Shown here: positions 58,183 through 64,000 of the stretch, in pieces
Layout of the letters: every line of letters starts with the position of its first letter
Numbering within the stretch: the stretch's first letter is position 1
Source of the DNA: a virus
Taxonomy: Duplodnaviria > Caudoviricetes
Length of the DNA stretch: 64,000 bases
IMG/VR virus record: IMGVR_UViG_3300001598_000036
Location: 32,001-96,000 of that record
Direction: 5' to 3' (one strand)
Notes under the pieces: generated by a model
Told to the model about the DNA's origin: nothing
Seen by the model: only the letters and a program-made list of their open reading frames with translations
Databases searched by the model: none
Position numbers and translations under genes: made by a program

Positions 58183-58198
58183 CAACTTATATATAGAA
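58183..58198 (+). promoter_or_regulatory. Putative late promoter (CAACTTATATATAGAA)
   Basis: Repeated motif before the 58311/58517 operon. Confidence 0.55.
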
Positions 58199-58310
58199 GA
58201 ACGCGGGAGTACTCCTACGGCGCAAGCCACTATTTGTTCCTAAACAATAAACTATGGGAGTACTATATCGTTTTTCAGATATAGTATTTTTTTATTGGAG
58301 GTAACAAATT

Positions 58311-58505
58311 ATGGCAGAAAACTATACATTAGCAGAATCATTCCATAGAGCAAATATTCAAGATAGAGTATACTATGTAATGGCTGATACAGATTTAACA
58401 ACTTTAAAAGAAAAAGAACATTTAGTGTTCGGAGATAAAGTATTATCACTCGCAAGCAAAAAAGTATTTGTAATGGGTAACGATAATCAATTCTACGAAA
58501 TTTAA
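58311..58505 (+). CDS. Small hypothetical (probably virion) protein
   Basis: ORF with SD GGAGGT. Confidence 0.65.
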   Translation: MAENYTLAESFHRANIQDRVYYVMADTDLTTLKEKEHLVFGDKVLSLASKKVFVMGNDNQFYEI

Positions 58506-58516
58506 GGAGGAGTATA

Positions 58517-59716
58517 ATGGATATATTAGAATATGCTTGACTAAAAAATCACGCTGGAGGCGGTGGTGGCGGCACTGACGCTAATGCTGTTCATTATACT
58601 GCTGAAACAAAAACAGATGCACAAAAACAAATAGCAAGAGAAAATATTGGCGCGCAGAAAGCATTAGATGGCAATTCAACAGTAACAGTTGGTATATTAA
58701 CTGTTGATGATGCTCTCCAAGTAAATGCTTATAGTCCTTTATCACTTGGTAGAGAAGACTTTAGTCAGATTACTAATACTGGTGGAATTGATTTACAAGA
58801 AGTATTAGATGGAAAGCAAGGAATACTTACTGCTGGAACTAATATTACTATTGAAGATGGTGTTATTAGCGCAAGTGGTGCTGCGCCGGATACTACTTCA
58901 ATTATTCTTGATGATAATTCGAAACTCGCAGTAAAACCTGATTTAACACTTAATAGTTTAGTATCTACTAATAATATTAATGCAGTTGGAAATGCTATTC
59001 GTTTATATAAAAGTACAGAAGGTGAAAAACAACCAACGGTTAGAATCAATGGCGCGCTTGTAATGAATTCAACTCAACTTGAGAATAATATTGCTGAAAA
59101 AGGAGTTGCTCTTGGATATAATTGTTTAATTCAAAACCAAGCAGCTTTTGCAAGTGGAGTGGGGACAGCTGCGAGAGGAACTGCATCCCATGCAATCAAT
59201 AAAGATAATGTAGCCGCAAATCAATTCTCATTTGCAAGTGGTATCAATACAGTGGCCGCTGCAAATATGGCATTTGTTTCTGGAAATGCTACTATTGCTA
59301 AAAATGCAAATGAAGCAGTATTTGGTATGATGAATATTGTGGATAATGGCGAAACAGATCCAAGATTATTAGTAGTTGGTAATGGTTATGAAGAAAATAA
59401 AGCGTCTTTTAGTGTTGATGAATTAGTAGGTAAATATTACGATAGTGGTAATAAGACTGCTGATAGATATATATTAATTACCAATGACAATAAACAAGCA
59501 GTAAAGGATAATAGCTCTATCACAAAAGTACAAATTAGACAAAATGCTTTTTCAGTTACTAAAAACGGAAAGATTACTGCAACAACTCTTAGTGATGGTT
59601 ATTATGAAAAGAGTATTACAGAAGTAATTGAAGGCGCACTTCCTCCACATACAGAATTTGATGAAGGCGCAGTATTAAAAATAGTTGATGGACAACCTAC
59701 TTGGACATTTGACTAA
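58517..59716 (+). CDS. Adhesin/fibre-like protein with YadA-head-like repeats, 399 aa (TGA=Trp at codon 8)
   Basis: SD AGGAGG; AQKQIARENIG, LTAGTNITI and repeated A.ASG..T.A segments; frame continuous with ORF 59063. Confidence 0.7.
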
Positions 59717-59732
59717 TATAGATGTTTTATAT

Positions 59733-59768
59733 AGTTGACGGTCGTTGCTTAGATGACCGTCAACTTTT
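59733..59768 (+). terminator. Intrinsic terminator
   Basis: AGTTGACGGTC...GACCGTCAACT followed by TTT. Confidence 0.65.
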
Positions 59769-59776
59769 ACTAAAAT

Positions 59777-59805
59777 TTGACAAAATTGGAAAATTTTTAT
59801 ATAAT
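59777..59805 (+). promoter_or_regulatory. Sigma70-type early promoter for the ORF-tRNA unit
   Basis: TTGACA-17 nt-TATAAT. Confidence 0.8.
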
Positions 59806-59832
59806 AAATATATAATCAAGGAGGTCTTATAT

Positions 59833-60024
59833 ATGACTTTTAGTAAAAATAGAGTTAAGTTATATTGTGATGCTAGTGTATTTCCAGAAATTGAGATGTT
59901 TTTATTTGGACAAGAATGGACTGAGAAACCTAGTATTGATTATATAGATATAGAAACTGGATATGAAATTTATTCTTATCGTATTATGCGCGAAGGAGAT
60001 AAATATTATATTGTGGTTGATTAA
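59833..60024 (+). CDS. Small hypothetical protein (63 aa) co-transcribed with the tRNA
   Basis: SD AGGAGG; start downstream of the promoter; stop 3 nt before the tRNA. Confidence 0.65.
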   Translation: MTFSKNRVKLYCDASVFPEIEMFLFGQEWTEKPSIDYIDIETGYEIYSYRIMREGDKYYIVVD

Positions 60025-60027
60025 TAC

Positions 60028-60324
60028 AGGGGTGGCTGTAAGACAGGGGCTGGTCTTCAACCAGTTTAGGATTGTCTAAATAATTGGTGCTTTATATTGG
60101 AAACTTTATAAATGTACGCCGCTAATTCGGGGAAGGCTAAGTTTTTTAATATGCTAATCCCGAGCTAGGACGCAATTCGCGACCGAGTGTAGAGACTTTA
60201 CACGGCGCGCCTAAGTCATAAGATATGGCGAAGAGAAAGTCCAGACTACAAACAGAAATGGCTATGAAAATAGTAGTAGTAAGCAAAACCAATCTACGAG
60301 GAGCGTTACCTTGCACCCCTGCCA
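60028..60324 (+). tRNA. Intron-containing tRNA-Trp, predicted anticodon UCA (opal suppressor); exons 60028-60057 and 60284-60324
   Basis: Perfect acceptor stem AGGGGTG/CACCCCT, G73, encoded CCA; spliced arm TGGT-CT-TCA-AA-ACCA; 5-bp T stem; resembles the Bacillus-type tRNA-Trp frame. Confidence 0.8.
60058..60283 (+). mobile_element. ORF-less group I intron (226 nt) in the tRNA anticodon
   Basis: P AAUUCGGGGAA / Q AAUCCCGAGC, P3 CGCCG/CGGCG, R GUAGAGACUUU, S AAGAGAAAGUCC (P7 GACUU/AAGUC), terminal G. Confidence 0.88.
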
Positions 60325-60347
60325 AGAAAATAATAAAATTAATATAA

Positions 60348-60380
60348 AAGAAAAGACGAGTATTTCTACTCGTCTTTTTT
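60348..60380 (+). terminator. Intrinsic terminator after the tRNA (possibly bidirectional)
   Basis: AAAAGACGAGTA-tttc-TACTCGTCTTTT followed by Ts. Confidence 0.75.
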
Positions 60381-60525
60381 CGTATAATTTGGAGGAACAT
60401 ATCTATCCGCAGGCCGCCAACGCCATCCTTCATTATCCCAAACTAAGAAATAAGTCTGGTGAAAAGTTGGCTCGCAATATGTATCTAATACTTGATAGAT
60501 TTGTCCACTGTCTATTCTCTTTACT

Positions 60526-60993
60526 TTAAACATTCCACTTCATCTGTATAAATTTATCTCTTTCGTCAAACGCGCTTTCTTCTAACTTTTTACAATTTGC
60601 TAATAAGTCTAAAGATATTTTCCAAATACTATCTATTGATTTTTCTTCGTTATCTTCCGCATACATTAAAGCATTTTGTAAGGCGTCGCATCCACTACAA
60701 CTTCCATAATGTATTTTTGTATAGATATATTCATATGATGCTGGTTGATATATATCATATGGTATTATAAATAATAGAGTTCCTTGATATTCTCCGTTAT
60801 CTATTACTGTTATATTTTTAGTATCTAATTTTTGATAAGTATCTTCTTCTTTATTATATACAAAATCAATTACCGAAGTCAAAAGTTTTGTGTAGTTTAT
60901 GTTACTATATAAGAAAACATCTTTATTCTCTTTTAAATATTCTTTATACGCATTAGCATTTTTACCCCATAAATATCCAAAAATTTCAAACAT
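60526..60993 (-). CDS. Hypothetical phage protein (YGSCSGCD motif)
   Basis: ORF with SD; GEYQG...YGSCSGCD. Confidence 0.7.
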   Translation of the reverse strand: MFEIFGYLWGKNANAYKEYLKENKDVFLYSNINYTKLLTSVIDFVYNKEEDTYQKLDTKNITVIDNGEYQGTLLFIIPYDIYQPASYEYIYTKIHYGSCSGCDALQNALMYAEDNEEKSIDSIWKISLDLLANCKKLEESAFDERDKFIQMKWNV

Positions 60994-61002
60994 TTATTTC
61001 TC

Positions 61003-61524
61003 CTACATATCTAATATATCTTGAATTCTTTTTCCAGTTACATCGTAATATTCTTCGATAAAAATATATCCTTTATGCTTATCTTCTACTTCAATTTCTC
61101 TTCCTTCGTTTATCTCGTCAATACAAGGATCACACCACGGACATATCCAATCTTTGCTTATCCACTGAGCAGGAGCGCCGCAATTAATACATATAACCTG
61201 TGATTTTAATTCGTATTTATCCATTAAACTAATCCAAGCATCTCTCATTCTAATTGGATAGTCAGCATAGATTCTTAATGCACCGAACTTTTCTTTTATC
61301 TGTTCAAAAGTAAATTCATCAAATGCATCATAAGTAACTAAAATCTGATTCAATTCTTCCATCATTTGTTCGCCAAATGCATTCCACCAACCAGTTGGGA
61401 AGTCGTCTACCCAAAGAGTCCATTCATCTTCGGATACTTTTTTACCTGTATACCAATCTACTTTTCTAATAATAAAAGGAAATTTTTCTTTTAATCTTTT
61501 TTCTTCTTCTTTTGTAAAGTTCAT
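61003..61524 (-). CDS. Hypothetical phage protein (QIKEKFGALRIY, CxxC)
   Basis: ORF with SD; recurrent phage motif. Confidence 0.7.
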   Translation of the reverse strand: MNFTKEEEKRLKEKFPFIIRKVDWYTGKKVSEDEWTLWVDDFPTGWWNAFGEQMMEELNQILVTYDAFDEFTFEQIKEKFGALRIYADYPIRMRDAWISLMDKYELKSQVICINCGAPAQWISKDWICPWCDPCIDEINEGREIEVEDKHKGYIFIEEYYDVTGKRIQDILDM

Positions 61525-61536
61525 TTCGGCTCCTTT

Positions 61537-61716
61537 CTATACTATAAACATTAGGAATGAAAGTAGGAATATTATTATTACTGAAGTAAGAATAATTGCT
61601 ATTCCGTGCTTTCTAATGAATTGTGCAAATTTACTATTTGATACTGCTTGATAGCTATATGTTCCATACATAATTGTAAGTATTAATATTTGAATTAGTT
61701 GAATTATTTCTACCAT
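61537..61716 (-). CDS. Small membrane protein
   Basis: SD AGGAG; two hydrophobic segments; promoter TTGATT-17-TATAAT at 61740-61768. Confidence 0.55.
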   Translation of the reverse strand: MVEIIQLIQILILTIMYGTYSYQAVSNSKFAQFIRKHGIAIILTSVIIIFLLSFLMFIV

Positions 61717-61769
61717 TTTATACTCCTTTCTATAATATTATTATATAGAAAATTTTATTTAAAATCAAT

Positions 61770-62837
61770 TTATTCCCAGTTAGTTATTTGCGCTCTCTTT
61801 TTCTTTGGTGGTGTAGATGTCCACACTAGAATTTTTTTAGCTCTAGTTGCAGCCACGTATGATATACACTTTTCTTCTTCGTTATAGAACTTTTGACCTA
61901 CTACTACTACGTAATTGGCGGCCAGTCCTTTACTAGCGTGAATCGTTAAAATTTTAATAGTATTTGATTTCATTCTATTATTTAATTCTTTATTGGTTAA
62001 ATCAGAACGCTTGAAAGTATCACAAGGAATATTATTATTACTTAAATATTCAAATATTTTATCTACTTGTGCATTTGTTCTACAAAGAATAAACCATTCA
62101 TTATAAGTATGACCTTTTTCAATAGAAGTGTTAACATAATCTAATATATTTTTTTCATTATATGTTATTTCATATACTTTTCCTTCTTCTTCTGATGCCC
62201 AAATAGAATGATCGACATATTTTGGTCCAAGCGTTTTTACTATTCTTTTTGCAAAATTTAATATATTTAATCCGCATCTATAATTATAAAGTAGTGGATA
62301 TGTTACCACTCCTTCTTTTTCTATTTGTTTAAGTATAAGAGTTGGATCTGCTTTTTTCCATCTATATATAGATTGAGAAATCGAAGCAAATACCATATAT
62401 TGTTTTGGATTTATTGTTTCAAAAATAAATTCCCACTCTAATACTCCTGTATCTTGTCCTTCATCTAATAAAAGATATTTTACTTCTTTAATACAATTTG
62501 GATATTTTCTTACTTTTTCAAATAATTCATCATATTTTTCTTTTTCTAATAAATTAGAAGTATCATATCCAGCTGATAATAGAAGCCAATTAGCATATGA
62601 GTGAATAGTACCTATAAAAATACCATACCCATCTTCTCCTAATCGTTCTATCATTTCTTCAGCGGCCGCAGTCGTAAAAGTAATTGCGACAATTTTTTCT
62701 TTATCCATACCTTGATGAACTAAATATCGTATTCTTTCGATTAGTGTTGCAGTTTTTCCTGCGCCGGCCGCAGCGTTAATAATAACGTGTGGTTCTTCTG
62801 TTATAATAATTTTTGTTTGCATTTCATTGAAATTCAT
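61770..62837 (-). CDS. Compact UvrD/Rep-like SF1 helicase
   Basis: AAAGAGKT, ITFT, TIHS, DEGQD, QSIY, NYRC, TIHASKGL and YVAATRA motifs. Confidence 0.85.
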   Translation of the reverse strand: MNFNEMQTKIIITEEPHVIINAAAGAGKTATLIERIRYLVHQGMDKEKIVAITFTTAAAEEMIERLGEDGYGIFIGTIHSYANWLLLSAGYDTSNLLEKEKYDELFEKVRKYPNCIKEVKYLLLDEGQDTGVLEWEFIFETINPKQYMVFASISQSIYRWKKADPTLILKQIEKEGVVTYPLLYNYRCGLNILNFAKRIVKTLGPKYVDHSIWASEEEGKVYEITYNEKNILDYVNTSIEKGHTYNEWFILCRTNAQVDKIFEYLSNNNIPCDTFKRSDLTNKELNNRMKSNTIKILTIHASKGLAANYVVVVGQKFYNEEEKCISYVAATRAKKILVWTSTPPKKKRAQITNWE

Positions 62838-62870
62838 TTTCGCCTCCACCCGGAATGCACTCGGGATTTT

Positions 62871-63875
62871 CTAATATTTTTTAAAGCTTCAATAAAAGCC
62901 TTTAGCCTTTTTTGTTCGTCCATTACATACATCACTAATTGAAGAAGCACTTTTTAATCCAACTGATTTAGTAGCTTCCGCAATAGATTCATATTCATTC
63001 AGCAATACCCAATTTGTATTATATTGATAAACTTTTTTCTTATTTTTATTTTCTATATTTTTTATTTTTTCTTTTATAACTATTTCATTAGAATCAAAAC
63101 TTCAAATATATCCTCCTGAACTTGGATATTCGTTAGAACAAGCCCGAGAAATACCTGAACGATTAATTCCAGTATTTTCTGATGCTTCTTTAATACTATT
63201 AAAACTATTAATTAATTTACCTTGTAAACTATATTGATAAACTATTTTTGTATTAATAGGTTTACGTTTTTTTAAAACATCACTTTTTCTTTGTTTAATT
63301 TCTTCATCACTAATTCCTAAATTATTTAATCTTTTATGTAGAGTATTACCACCATATATTTTATATATTTGATATACGCCTTTTCCTTCTTGCCATAAAG
63401 ATAATAATTTTTCATCGCTTATTGTATAACGATTTTGAAAACTTCTATTTTTTATTTCATCCGCAGATATATTTAAATCATATTTTAAAATTTTACTAAT
63501 AGAAGAAGCATCATTACCAGTAGTTTTTATAATTTCTCCTTCTGACAATCCTAAATCTCATAATTCTTTAATATATTTTCTATCAATTCTTATTCCTTTT
63601 TCTCCACCTAAAGTAGAATTATAACCATTATTATAGGAATCATAATAATTGATTCAATAAATTTCTCGTTCATCTAAAATATTATTCTCACATTCTTCTA
63701 ATAATTCTATATAAAAATGTTCTGCTCCGTATTTACGTATAGCTCTATAAAAATGTAAATTTAATCTTTTACTATCAGATAAATGTTTTTGGAATCTTCT
63801 TTTTAATTGTTGTACTGTTTGTCCTATATATACTTTATCATTTATATCATTTTTAATTATATAAATATAACCCAT
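62871..63875 (-). CDS. Free-standing GIY-YIG endonuclease with two NUMOD1-like repeats, 334 aa (4 TGA=Trp)
   Basis: GYIYII...YIGQT...REIY[W]I...GYN; two VYQY...SI.EA...IS..C....GY/F.[W] repeats. Confidence 0.82.
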
Positions 63876-63876
63876 A

Positions 63877-63999
63877 TTATCCTCCACTATTCATATTATA
63901 TCCATATTTATCTGTTTCAAAAAATTTAATATAATATTTTTCCTTTTCTGACAATTCTTCTTTATCTACTATTTCAATTATTGAAAAAGTAAAATTATC
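63877..63999 (-). CDS. GIY-YIG-like protein, C-terminal part (5' partial)
   Basis: NFTFSIIE...EKEKYYI...YGYN..SGG. Confidence 0.6.
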   Translation of the reverse strand, partial: DNFTFSIIEIVDKEELSEKEKYYIKFFETDKYGYNMNSGG

Positions 64000-64000
64000 T

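Noticed and set aside
59722-59832. Extended N-termini in the ORF track (59722, 46481, 48104, 30501, 62849)
   Set aside because: They run across promoters, terminators, intron cores or upstream genes; downstream ATGs have better SD context
60028-60324. tRNA-Sec, tRNA-Cys(GCA) or TGA=Gly (code 25) interpretation
   Set aside because: No long variable arm; G73 and acceptor stem are Trp-like; a GCA anticodon would need an intron ending in A; TGA aligns with Trp motifs
60146-60529. ORFs 60146-60433(-) and 60311-60529(+)
   Set aside because: Overlap the tRNA intron and terminator; no SD or recognisable protein features

Overview
AT-rich segment of a large tailed phage, probably infecting Bacillota/Firmicutes (inferred from sigma70-type promoters, strong SD sites and a Bacillus-like tRNA-Trp frame). 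The + strand from 1 to ~25.7 kb is a tail/fibre module ending in a diversity-generating retroelement (two VRs in one target gene, avd, a TR-position repeat, RT). The - strand from ~26.2 kb to the end is a replication/nucleotide module (RuvC-like with intein, dut, ThyX-like, nrdJ, dnaE, recJ, dnaG, dnaB, AAA ATPase, SSB-like, gyrA, gyrB, UvrD-like) with six endonuclease-bearing group I introns. The fragmented ORF track is explained by TGA=Trp recoding confined to structural genes, the DGR RT, the resolvase and several homing endonucleases, while core replication genes use only TGG and end in TAA/TAG. The most notable candidate system is a genetic-code switch with three parts. (i) A non-canonical tRNA-Trp whose UCA (opal-reading) anticodon is split by a 226-nt group I intron (60028-60324). 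(ii) dnaE is interrupted after codon 14 by TCT-TGA-GG-TCT, a candidate stop-hop/bypass that should fail once UGA is read as Trp. (iii) A shared putative late-promoter motif precedes TGA-dependent genes. All calls were made by eye; no database searches were run.
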